Translations under genes and position numbers: made by a program
Shown: piece after piece, positions 1-9,303 of the stretch
How the letters are laid out: the number at the start of each line of letters is the position of its first letter
Position numbering within the stretch: position 1 is the stretch's first letter
Origin: an uncultured virus (IMG/VR IMGVR_UViG_3300037313_002214)
Lineage: Duplodnaviria; Heunggongvirae; Uroviricota; Caudoviricetes
Length of the DNA: 64,000 bases
Direction: 5' to 3' (one strand)
IMG/VR virus record: IMGVR_UViG_3300037313_002214
The notes under the pieces: generated by a model
The model's database searches: none
Told to the model about the DNA's origin: nothing
What the model saw: the letters and a program-made list of their open reading frames with translations, nothing else

Positions 1-597
1 ATGCTCGCTAAGCGGCATCACGATTTGCTTGATAGTTTGCCTCGGGTGTTCCATGTTGCCGACATGACGCTGCGGCTTGGTTGGCACCCGAAGGTCGCTC
101 TACGAGAACTCTATCGTTGGACCCGCCAAGGGCTCGTCTGCTCGTTGGGTCGACAAAGCGGGGTGTACGCGAACCTGGTCGTGTCGGATTACCCGGATTG
201 GGAGATGGGACTTCGAATGGTGATGCCGACCGCTGTGGTGTCTGGCCTCGAAGTCCTTCGCCGTTCAGGGTGGATTACCCAGATTCCCTATTTGATCACA
301 GTTACAGTCAGCGCAGCGGAGCAGGTCTACCAGGTAGACAGGTTTGAAGTCACAGTACAAGGGCCTGAGTGGTTTGATGTGATGGCCGCAGGTACGCGTA
401 GCGGCGAGGGCGTCGCTCTACCATCCCTTGCGCCTGCGTGGGCGCTTGCCGACCTGGTGCAGCGAGAGGGATGGTGCGACTGTGGTGTTGGGCCTGACGA
501 TGTTTATTGGGATTACGTGACTTTGAGCGACCAGCGCGACTGGGCCGAAGCTTGTTCGGCTTTAGGGTTGGGTGAGCTACCGATGAATCCCGGGTAG
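1..597 (+). CDS. AbiEi-like (type IV TA antitoxin-like) winged-helix protein, possibly 5' incomplete
   Basis: N-terminal wHTH-like segment (LYRWTRQGLV..G...GVY) then VVSGLEVLRRSGWITQIP, resembling AbiEi-family proteins. Confidence 0.45.
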   Translation: MLAKRHHDLLDSLPRVFHVADMTLRLGWHPKVALRELYRWTRQGLVCSLGRQSGVYANLVVSDYPDWEMGLRMVMPTAVVSGLEVLRRSGWITQIPYLITVTVSAAEQVYQVDRFEVTVQGPEWFDVMAAGTRSGEGVALPSLAPAWALADLVQREGWCDCGVGPDDVYWDYVTLSDQRDWAEACSALGLGELPMNPG

Positions 598-718
598 TAC
601 AGCTCCAGTTTGCGCAAGCAGGACGTGGCTCTCGGAGCATCCGTTTAATTTTATTAACTTCGGTTTTGACGTTCGAGTTTGATTTGACTTCTACGTCGCG
701 TGAGCTTAAGGAAGTGTA

Positions 719-1504
719 ATGCGTTTGTTGGTTCTATCTGACCTCCATCTCGAAGTGTGGCGTGACTTTGCGCCGAAGTTCGACACTAAGAAAAGCCGGC
801 CGGATGTTGTGGTGTTAGCTGGGGACATCCACACAAAGGCGCGTGCTCCTGCCTGGGCGGCACAGGCCTTCCCAGGCACTCCAGTACTGTACGTTTCCGG
901 AAACCACGAATTTTACGGGGAAGCGCTGGATCAAGTGGGGGATGCTATTCGCCTTGAGTCCAAAAAGTATCCGAATGTGCATTACCTTGACTGCGACGAC
1001 CATGTGCTGCAAGGGATACGTTTCCTGGGCGTGACACTATGGACTGACTTTTTGCTATTTGGCTCGGACCTTAGATCCAATGTCATGGTCGATGTCGGTA
1101 ACGTGATGAACGACTACCAACGGATTCGTATAGCGTCGGCAGGTTATCGCAAGTTAAGGCCGCTAGACACCGCACAGCTGCACGTTTCGCAAAAGGCTTG
1201 GCTCGAGAGGAAGCTCAGTGAACCTTTCCCGGGCCCGACCGTGGTGATCACGCATATGGCGCCGTCGCGGCGATCTGTCGCCCCTGAATATGCATCAGAT
1301 CCGGTGTCGGGGGCATTTGCGTCAGACCTGGATGAGCTCGCGCGTCAGGCAACGCTTTGGATTCATGGGCATACCCATACGAGTTTCGACTATCTCTTGG
1401 GCCAGTGCAGAGTCGTGGCCAATCCTCTAGGCTATATGATGAGGGGCGGTCACGCTGAAAATGACGATTTCGACCCGAACTTCATTGTCGAGTTGACTTG
1501 CTAA
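719..1504 (+). CDS. Calcineurin-like metallophosphoesterase
   Basis: Motifs SDLH, AGDI, GNHEFY, THMAP, HGHTH. Confidence 0.9.
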   Translation: MRLLVLSDLHLEVWRDFAPKFDTKKSRPDVVVLAGDIHTKARAPAWAAQAFPGTPVLYVSGNHEFYGEALDQVGDAIRLESKKYPNVHYLDCDDHVLQGIRFLGVTLWTDFLLFGSDLRSNVMVDVGNVMNDYQRIRIASAGYRKLRPLDTAQLHVSQKAWLERKLSEPFPGPTVVITHMAPSRRSVAPEYASDPVSGAFASDLDELARQATLWIHGHTHTSFDYLLGQCRVVANPLGYMMRGGHAENDDFDPNFIVELTC

Positions 1505-1634
1505 ACGCCCAGTCCATAACACCGTGCGCTGGTCGAGCGGCAAGTGAGCCGATAGCGCTGTCTGCTCAGGCGCAGGCGGTATTGATAGCTCTCGGGATGT
1601 CAAGGCGACCTAGCAAATCGATTCTTCAAAACTC

Positions 1635-2885
1635 ATGACTGAACGAAGCATCGCTGTATTTGACTGTGATGGCCCGAATGTGGCTCGTCTGATCGGGTCC
1701 TTTAGTGTCTCCCGCGATGCTCAAGCTCGACTGCGCCGGGCTCAGTCACCTACGGCTGAGGATCTTCTCGACCGGTTTCTCGCTCTCTTCACAAAGGGAC
1801 GCGGCAACGTTCATGTGTCGCCAAATTCAGATGGAACTTATTTCTTGTCTGACTTCGCTCCTGGGGGCTGGGGCGCGAAATTTATTGCCAGGCAGTTACT
1901 TGAAGCGCGGCTGCTTTTGCCGGAGTCGTCCGTCGGGTGGCTAACACATTCGGCGGGCTTCGGGTCTGGACGTTTAGTGACATGCTTTGAAAAATCGAAT
2001 GTCCTGGACCTCGCAAAGGTCGACACGCGTCTTTCCGACCTAACCCCGACTTTGCTCGACAACTTCTACAGGTTTGTTCGGTATCCTGGACAGCAGCTCG
2101 ACGAAGATAGTTTGCGCCTACTGCGTCCAGGCTGCGATCTCGGAGGAGTACGGCCGAAAGCACTCATTTCCTATGATGGGTGTGAGCACATAGCCAAGTT
2201 CGGCCTCCCTGATGACGAATTCGACGTTCCTTTAGCTGAGTACGCTACACTGCGGCTGGCCTACCTTGCTGGCATCACAGTACCATCGTTTGAACTTGTT
2301 GAAATTGGATCTCGCAACGTCCTGTTAATCGAACGGTTTGATCGCACTGAGGCTGGGGTGCGCGTCCACTATTTGAGCGCATACAGTCTGCTAAATCCCC
2401 CGGTAGGCCAAGGGGACGACTCTCACTACATAGCGAAGCATTCGTACGCAGGGCTTGCAGAGGCCCTTGAATCAGACAAGTCGGGGCGCCCCGGTGCCGG
2501 CCCGGAGCTTTTTCGAAGAATGGTTTTCAATATCATGGTGGGAAATATTGATGATCATCTTCGTAACCATGCCGTGCTGATGAAGGAGTCTGGTGTGCTC
2601 GAGCTTTCTCCGGCGTTCGATCTATGTCCGCAAATTGAAGCTCCGTTCCGGTCACAAAGCATCGGTGTTGGCGCACTAGGTCGAGCGAGCACCGTCGCAA
2701 ATGCCCTCTCACAATGCAGCCGATTTCAGCTCAGTAGGCATCAAGCGATCACCATTGTAGGGCAGGTGAAAGATGCGCTTTCTGCCTGGCGTCAGACCTT
2801 TCGTGAGGCTGGAGCGTCAGCAGGTGACCTTCGCCGGCTGACACCCTGTTTTGCCGTAGCGGACGAGCCGATCCGAACGCAGTGA
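1635..2885 (+). CDS. HipA-family Ser/Thr kinase toxin
   Basis: LGGVRPK P-loop, IERFDR, GNIDDHLRNH catalytic loop, LSPAFDL. Confidence 0.85.
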   Translation: MTERSIAVFDCDGPNVARLIGSFSVSRDAQARLRRAQSPTAEDLLDRFLALFTKGRGNVHVSPNSDGTYFLSDFAPGGWGAKFIARQLLEARLLLPESSVGWLTHSAGFGSGRLVTCFEKSNVLDLAKVDTRLSDLTPTLLDNFYRFVRYPGQQLDEDSLRLLRPGCDLGGVRPKALISYDGCEHIAKFGLPDDEFDVPLAEYATLRLAYLAGITVPSFELVEIGSRNVLLIERFDRTEAGVRVHYLSAYSLLNPPVGQGDDSHYIAKHSYAGLAEALESDKSGRPGAGPELFRRMVFNIMVGNIDDHLRNHAVLMKESGVLELSPAFDLCPQIEAPFRSQSIGVGALGRASTVANALSQCSRFQLSRHQAITIVGQVKDALSAWRQTFREAGASAGDLRRLTPCFAVADEPIRTQ

Positions 2886-3028
2886 ACATCCAGTTTTCGA
2901 GATCCCAGCTGACACAGGATGCATCTTAGATCCGCCTGAGGGATGCTCCATATGCAATTATTTAGTTTTATTTGCGCTCGAATAAAGAGCAATAAAGCCT
3001 CCGGCTGGTACCAAGCGCTGCCGATCGG

Positions 3029-4225
3029 TCACCAGCCAATCCTGTGCTTGGCTTCGGTTTCGGCGTGGCGAGCATCGTCTGACGAATGCAAGTAGGTGTT
3101 GGTTGTGCTGATCGACTCATGCCCGAGGTTATCGCGCACATGGCGCAGGTCGACATCGTTGTTGGCCATATGGGAGCCGGCGGTGTGGCGCATCCAGTGC
3201 GCCGACGCATGCAAAATATGTGACGCGGCCGCTTCGCATTCAGGACCGCGCTGGCGTAGTCGAGCTGCTGTCTTGGCAAATATATCCTTGAAGATCTCGT
3301 GGATGCCGCCACGCGACATTGGTCGTGGCTTCCCGCCTATTGGTAACAGTAGCGGGGTGGTCTCGCCAGGCTCAGGGTAGGGCGAATGGCCCACCTCGCG
3401 CCGATATCGGGCTAACTCGACCATCAGCTCATCGGTAGCTGGAATGATGCGCAACTTGTCCCCTTTACCGAGCACTTCAAGCCACCAACGTTCTTCGCCT
3501 TCTCGGTCTCGACGGCGGAAAAACCCACCCATGTTGTTGCCAGCAATCTCGGAGATTCGCAGACCGCAGACGTAGCTCAGGGAAATGAGCCAGCGCAAAC
3601 GCAAGTAGTGCTCACGTTCCCGTGTCGTCTCCCGGGGTAACGCGTCAACGGTCATTTTGACTTCGCGCCACATGTCCTCGTCCAGGTAGCGAGTAACTCT
3701 CGACGCAGGCCGTCGCCGTCGTTCGCGCGACAGCGCGAGCGGATTGCCGGCCAGATAGCCTGCGTTAACCAGCCATGAAAACAGGGCATTAAGGATGGTC
3801 GCCGCTTGGCGCTCACTCGAAGGCGACAGTGGACCAGCGAATGGGCGCCACCCAGGGTGCGTCCGTGGATACTTGCGCCCCTCGGCCGTGAGCCAACGAC
3901 TGGCCGGCCTTGGGTCGCGCAGAAATTGTCGATATAGGAGCCAATCCTCATGGGTGATCGACGACAACGGTTTACCCAACTGTAGCGTAGACCAAAAGAG
4001 GAGGCGCTCTGCCTCCTTGCGATAGTTGTCGAAGGTGGTACGTTTGTCCAGAAAGCGTGCAAGCCAAGCCTTGATCGCATCGATATCGTTGTCGGCTCGG
4101 ATCTGGCACGCACCACTTTGCGCTCGGTTGTTTCCGTTCGAGCCGTCGATATGCGCAGGTACTGTAAATGACTCTAAGGGCACGACAGTGTGGATCGACA
4201 AAGCGAGGGCATTCATACCAGGCAT
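3029..4225 (-). CDS. Tyrosine recombinase/integrase
   Basis: GLRISE, GKGDKLR, HWMRHT, LGHESISTTNTY catalytic residues. Confidence 0.9.
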   Translation of the reverse strand: MPGMNALALSIHTVVPLESFTVPAHIDGSNGNNRAQSGACQIRADNDIDAIKAWLARFLDKRTTFDNYRKEAERLLFWSTLQLGKPLSSITHEDWLLYRQFLRDPRPASRWLTAEGRKYPRTHPGWRPFAGPLSPSSERQAATILNALFSWLVNAGYLAGNPLALSRERRRRPASRVTRYLDEDMWREVKMTVDALPRETTREREHYLRLRWLISLSYVCGLRISEIAGNNMGGFFRRRDREGEERWWLEVLGKGDKLRIIPATDELMVELARYRREVGHSPYPEPGETTPLLLPIGGKPRPMSRGGIHEIFKDIFAKTAARLRQRGPECEAAASHILHASAHWMRHTAGSHMANNDVDLRHVRDNLGHESISTTNTYLHSSDDARHAETEAKHRIGW

Positions 4226-4619
4226 GAGAACAGTGGGATGGCAACAATGTGCTGATTATAGAAAAAACACGCCACCCTTAGCGATAAGTTCTGGAAGGCG
4301 AGGGAGGCGGGCGACGGCACGTTCAACAGGCTTCACGTACTGGGCACATGTAGTAGAGGCATTTGTGCTGGTAAATCTCGCGACGTTCGCGTGACCTGAA
4401 AACAGTTATAATGACCTTATTGTCTGTTCGATATGACCAATTGACAAAAAACTCTTGGTTGTATCGCCCTTAGCGATTTTAACCCTTGAAAGGCTGCGAT
4501 GGCGGTCATCGGCTTCGACAAGCATCGATTTGGAACCCGGCTGAACGAGGAGCTGTCAGTGAATCGCCACGACTATCGTAGACACTCCTGAGCCATAATG
4601 TTGGGCACAAGGAGAAGGT

Positions 4620-4898
4620 ATGAGCGGAAAGCGGTACACAGAGGAATTCAAGATCGCGGCGGTCAAGCAGGTGGCGGAGCGCGGTCACCCGGCGAGCGAA
4701 GTCGCGGCGCGCCTGGGAGTGAGTATCCATAGCCTGTGCACCTGGACAAAGCGCTACGGCGTGCCCGAAGAGGAGCGCAAAGCGGTGGATTCCCAGGCCG
4801 AGGAAATGCGGCGCCTGAAGGCCGAGTTGAAGCGCGTCACGGAGGAGCGCGACATCTTGAAAAAGGCCGCGGTGTACTTTGCCAAGACGTCCGGGTAA
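4620..4898 (+). CDS. IS3 transposase OrfA (HTH)
   Basis: RYTEEFKIAAVKQV...ERDILKKA, typical of IS3 OrfA. Confidence 0.9.
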   Translation: MSGKRYTEEFKIAAVKQVAERGHPASEVAARLGVSIHSLCTWTKRYGVPEEERKAVDSQAEEMRRLKAELKRVTEERDILKKAAVYFAKTSG

Positions 4899-5770
4899 GG
4901 TACACCTTCATTGCTGAGTTTCAGGACCAATTCTCTGTGCGGCGGCTGTGCAAGGTGCTCGGCGTGCATCCCAGTGGTTTTTATGCCTGGCGTCTGAACC
5001 CCGAAAGCCGCCGCGCCAAAGAAGACAGGCGGCTGCTGGTTCCCATCAAGGAGTCATGGCTGGAAAGCGGCAGCGTGTACGGTTACCGCAAGGTCAGCGA
5101 TGACTTGCGCGAACTGGGTGAACAATGCGGTATCAATCGCGTTCATCGCCTGATGCGATCGGCCGGAATCCGCTCGCAGACCGGCTACGCCAAGCGCAAG
5201 TACAAACGCGGCGGCGCCCCTTCGCTGGTGGCGCCAAATCATTTGCAGCGCCAGTTTGACGTGCAGGAACCTAATCGAGTTTGGGTGACGGATATTACCT
5301 ATATCCGCACGTACGAAGGCTGGCTCTATCTGGCCGTGGTACTTGACCTGTTTTCGCGCCAGGTGGTCGGTTGGTCGATGAGTTCGCGCATCGATCGCGA
5401 GCTCGCGATAAACGCGCTCTTGATGGCCGTCTGGCGTAGGCAACCCAAGAATACGGTGATGGTGCATTCCGATCAAGGCAGTCAATTCAGTAGCTACGAT
5501 TGGCGCGACTTTCTGGACGCGCACAATCTGCAGCAAAGCATGAGCCGGCGCGGTAACTGCCACGATAACGCCGTTGCCGAGAGCTTCTTCCAGTTGCTCA
5601 AGCGGGAACGGATTCGTCGCAAAACCTATGGCACCCGTGAAGAAGCAAAGCAGGATGTCTTCGACTATATCGAGATGTTCTACAATCCGAAGCGGCGGCA
5701 CGGCTTCAGCAATGACCTGTCGCCGGTCGAGTACGAAAAGCAGTATTTTCAGCGGCTGTCGAGTGTCTAG
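4860..5770 (+). CDS. IS3 transposase OrfB (DDE), in the -1 frame relative to OrfA; start approximate
   Basis: WVTDITY, HSDQGSQF, DNAVAESFF motifs; G AAA AAG near 4859-4865 is a possible slip site. Confidence 0.9.
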
Positions 5771-5820
5771 AAAACTCGTGGCGATTCATGTCTAGAAGAG
5801 CGTGCATCGACACATTTTCG

Positions 5821-6252
5821 CTAGATGAGGGCGAGATCGATGCCCCTGCCGACATAAAAGAGACCAATAATAAATGCGAGCCAAGACAAGCCCCATAGAA
5901 CATACGAAGCGCGGGCCCACAAGTGATGGCCCTTCGCGCCTAAAAGGTTCGCGATCGAGTGATGTGCGTCGAGCACTCGAGCCGCTGGCATGAGTGCTGC
6001 GATAACAAGTCCAATAGCGAAAAACAGAAGGGCATTCTCGCCATAGTATTTGTACGCAGTAAAAATAGCTGTCTTCTCCTTCGTTAGCAGCGCCTGCATA
6101 AAGCCTAGCATTGCCACGCAACCGCCTCCGTGAAGGGTAAGAAGAGCCTTGAGCCCCTCAGTGGTATGTGAGTCTGCACGCAGAGTCTCCGCGTCTATGC
6201 GGTCCCACTTCTTGTCGCGCTCGTCAAGTATCTTCTGGAAGATATCTGTCAT
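5821..6252 (-). CDS. Hypothetical membrane protein (moron-like, lower GC)
   Basis: About three hydrophobic segments; opposite strand to phage late genes. Confidence 0.6.
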   Translation of the reverse strand: MTDIFQKILDERDKKWDRIDAETLRADSHTTEGLKALLTLHGGGCVAMLGFMQALLTKEKTAIFTAYKYYGENALLFFAIGLVIAALMPAARVLDAHHSIANLLGAKGHHLWARASYVLWGLSWLAFIIGLFYVGRGIDLALI

Positions 6253-6400
6253 GTTTGCCTAGCCTAAAAAATTTATTGTAGAGCAATTGCGGCTGCCAAC
6301 GGAAGTTTACGTCTTTGCATTGCGATTTGGAAAATGTCGGAACAACTTCATAGTTTATTGCTGAGTGATACGCTTGCTCTGTCATTCCAAGGAGCAAACC

Positions 6401-6946
6401 ATGTTCGTCGAAAAGTACCTTCAATCGCTCAACACGTCGGACCTGAGGGACGACGAACTGCATCACCAAACCGATGCGCTTGCCGCGGCTGCATTGGCTG
6501 ACCTGACGGGAGGATCCGGCGAAGTCCTGGGTTCGCTCCTCGCGCGCGCGAAGTACGCCGACGGCATCCAGCACAAGACCTTCGAGGCCGGCAATCAAAA
6601 CCTCGCTGTCTTGCTGCGAGCCTGGACAAAAGCGGTCACGCAAAAGGGCGTGGCCCGTCAGTGGCTCAAAATCAAGAACGAGTGGGACATCAAGGCAGCG
6701 CACGGGATGTACGAGAAGATCGCGCGCGTGTCGCTGGCTCACTGGTTGCAGGGTGAGTGCGAGGTGTGTCACGGAACCAAAATCGCCGCCGGCCGTGCGT
6801 GCACGTGCTGCGCCGGTACTGGCCGCGAACCGATTGCCGGCGGCGCGATGGAAGTGGAGCGGGTCAAAGACATGATCTCGGAATTGGAAGGGTTGTATCA
6901 GGCGCATGGAGCGCGCGCCGGTTCCAAATTACGCCGTGCCGCGTAG
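6401..6946 (+). CDS. Antitermination protein Q-like
   Basis: CEVCHGT...CTCCAGTG zinc finger; directly upstream of late operon and terminators. Confidence 0.7.
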   Translation: MFVEKYLQSLNTSDLRDDELHHQTDALAAAALADLTGGSGEVLGSLLARAKYADGIQHKTFEAGNQNLAVLLRAWTKAVTQKGVARQWLKIKNEWDIKAAHGMYEKIARVSLAHWLQGECEVCHGTKIAAGRACTCCAGTGREPIAGGAMEVERVKDMISELEGLYQAHGARAGSKLRRAA

Positions 6947-6992
6947 TTCCTCCGCTGTCGGTAGAATTGCAGCGATAGCACTTGGGGGAACG

Positions 6993-7445
6993 ATGAGCAC
7001 GGACGAAAACAGATTCCAAAAGGTCGAGTGGACTGGCGACCAGTGGGAGCCTAGCGACGATGACGACGCTAGCGGATTCCCGCTGCGGCCTCGCGGCGAG
7101 GGCATCGCCGATGCCGATCTGGAGTTGTTGACGCTGGCCGCACGCGCGATCGGGGCGCAGGCAGAACCTGTCGACGGCGAGGACTGGGTCAATCTGCACT
7201 TCGCCGATGGGAAGATCATCTATGCCTGGAACTCGCTCCGGCACAGCAGCGATGCGTTCGAACTAGCGGCAGATTTGGACATCGATGTTCTTCAATCAAC
7301 AGCCTATCGTGAGGCGCAGGCCGTAGCTCCGCTGCAGCGTGTCATCAGTGAGTCGTGGGGCGCCGACAAGAATGCCTCCACCCGCCGCGCTGTTACACGT
7401 GCCGCTGCTGAGATCGCTGTTGCGCAAGAAAAAAAACAGGCGTAA
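6993..7445 (+). CDS. Phage hypothetical protein (NinX-like)
   Basis: ELLTLAARAIG...WNSL..SSDAFELA...TRRAVTRAAAEI pattern; RBS GGGGGAA. Confidence 0.5.
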   Translation: MSTDENRFQKVEWTGDQWEPSDDDDASGFPLRPRGEGIADADLELLTLAARAIGAQAEPVDGEDWVNLHFADGKIIYAWNSLRHSSDAFELAADLDIDVLQSTAYREAQAVAPLQRVISESWGADKNASTRRAVTRAAAEIAVAQEKKQA

Positions 7446-7603
7446 ACTCCTGTTCCATACAGTTCCCTCGGCACCATGTAATGCGCGCTACGGCGCCAAC
7501 ATCACCCGAGGCAGTCGAGTGCTCAGCCCGCAGTAAAGCCGGCGCTCGCCTGCGCGAACCGTAATTTGTCTCGCTCACTTGGCAGATAGCCCTGGAGCAC
7601 ATC

Positions 7604-7635
7604 GAGCCCGCACCGAAAGGTCCGCGGGCTTTTTC
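7604..7635 (+). terminator. Rho-independent terminator (tR'-like)
   Basis: AGCCCGC...GCGGGCT stem followed by T run. Confidence 0.7.
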
Positions 7636-8046
7636 ATTTCCGACGCACAGCGGCTCGGCCCCGCTGATTCAAACCCGACTGTTGAATGCTGCGAACGCTG
7701 CCTTATGCGGGCGTCGGCGCCTCACCGGCGTAACCGGTGGCCACACACATGCGCTTTGCCTCCTGTTCTAGACGGGCGGGGCACGGCTCCAGCAGAGCGC
7801 AGTTGTGTGGTGCATGCGCATTAGCTGATGCGTAGATCGATACGACTTCCCGTGGACTCGCGTATCGGCGCTCGTTGACGCCATGAGCACAGCTAGCACA
7901 GAGGCTCACGGCCGAGAGCGCAGCAAGCGATTCACGGAGCCGGAACGCCAGCACCGGCCGCCACAAACAATTAGCAGGGCCGCAAGACCGTAAGACAACC
8001 GCCCTATATCAGCCCGCAAGGGTGCTCTCTTTTGATAGGTGACGAA

Positions 8047-8322
8047 ATGTCTGAACAAGTTATGGTCTGCAAGCTCCAACTGCACAGCAAAAATCCGATG
8101 AAGGGCTACAGCTCGACAAACGAGGAGATGCCTGGGCAGTCGGTTCATTTCGGCGCAGTGTGGGAAGGGTCGACCGAGAAACAGCAAGCGTCCGAAAACG
8201 CCGTGTTCGGCCACTGGACTCCGTATGCGGAGTTCAAGGGTTCCATTCTTAACCAAGCCGTCAACGACAAGCTTGTCGTCGGGAAGAAGTATTACGTGAC
8301 TTTCACGGAAGCGCCCGACTAA
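8047..8322 (+). CDS. Phage hypothetical protein
   Basis: AGGTG RBS, coding-like codon use, followed by terminator 8359-8393. Confidence 0.7.
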   Translation: MSEQVMVCKLQLHSKNPMKGYSSTNEEMPGQSVHFGAVWEGSTEKQQASENAVFGHWTPYAEFKGSILNQAVNDKLVVGKKYYVTFTEAPD

Positions 8323-8494
8323 GTACCGAGTCTCCTCCAAGTCTCTCTCTTGGACTTTGCCGCCTGGCGCAGTAATGCGAAGGCGGTTTTTTTATTCTGA
8401 GGTGCGCCATGCGCATGACCGTCGAAGCAGAGCGCGCCTGGGTGATGGTTCTCATCCAGTTGCAGCAGAACCGCAACGCAATGAAGGCTGCGGC

Positions 8495-8811
8495 ATGAAA
8501 ACTCCGGCAGACGTCTATCGCGCTGAGATCCTGCGCGCTGTGCTGGGGAGAGGGCGAATGAATCGAGGGTCGCGAACATCGAGCGGCTGAATCAGATTGC
8601 CGCACACCTGGTCGACTGCGAGGACGCCAAGATGATCCTGCGTGCGAAGGGATACGGCGCCGCCGGACAGACGTTTGTCGAGCTGGCGCGCAGCCTGCCC
8701 GAGAACGTGCGCGGCATGCTTCGCGAACTGTTCAAGTCACAAAGACTGCGGGCATCCGCTGCGCGATACCCAGATCTGGGCGAAGTGCATGACATCTGGA
8801 GTGCGCGGTGA
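8495..8811 (+). pseudogene. Small phage gene apparently frameshifted in a G run at 8545-8548
   Basis: One extra G joins MKTPADVYRAEILRAVLG to ERANESRVANIERLNQIAAHLVDCEDAK... Confidence 0.4.
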
Positions 8812-9167
8812 AGACTGTCGCGATCAAGTCGGGCTTGCTCACCATCGATTGGTGGGTGCGCCCGGCGATCGCACTCGTGCGCGCATGTCGCCGAATCGCG
8901 CCCGAACGCGTCGGCGCGTACCTTGATCGATGTGTCGAGCGCATCGTTGACTTTGGCATCAACCAGCGGCCTGCGCCTGCAAAACCAGCGCTGCTGCCGA
9001 CAACCGTCGCGTGGCTCGCAAATATCCGGGCCGAAGCCTCTGCGCCTGGTGCGCTCGTGGTCGTCGTGCAAGGCCCGCGCGGATCCATAGCGATCATCCC
9101 CGAAGACATAGTCGGCAAGTCCGACAACGAGCTGTTGGCATTCATCGCCGCACGGCTCGCTGAATAG
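8808..9167 (+). CDS. Phage hypothetical protein
   Basis: GTGA overlap with upstream ORF, same strand as late operon. Confidence 0.45.
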   Translation: MKTVAIKSGLLTIDWWVRPAIALVRACRRIAPERVGAYLDRCVERIVDFGINQRPAPAKPALLPTTVAWLANIRAEASAPGALVVVVQGPRGSIAIIPEDIVGKSDNELLAFIAARLAE

Positions 9168-9303
9168 TGAAAGCAGAATGGCTATCGCCTCAACCGACAT
9201 TCAGCACCGGCTGTCCTGCGATGCTGGTAACTCGTCGCGTGTCGCAATCGTCGATTTCGCCAACTTTCGTATCACTGGCGATACCGCGCTGTAAGGGCCA
9301 CTC

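Larger units (their letters stand above)
4560..5788 (+). mobile_element. IS3-family insertion sequence (1229 bp)
   Basis: TG...CA ends; 28-bp inverted repeats 4560-4587 and 5761-5788 (24/28 match); orfA/orfB architecture; no flanking direct repeat. Confidence 0.95.

Noticed and set aside
3029..4225. This recombinase as the prophage integrase
   Set aside because: It lies outside the IS boundary; the phage has its own int-attP-alpA module at 38.6-40.3 kb
4545..5795. TGTC as IS target duplication
   Set aside because: The left copy is separated from the IR by AG, so it is not a flush duplication
7640..8030. Phage tRNA genes after Q
   Set aside because: No complete cloverleaf recognisable by eye
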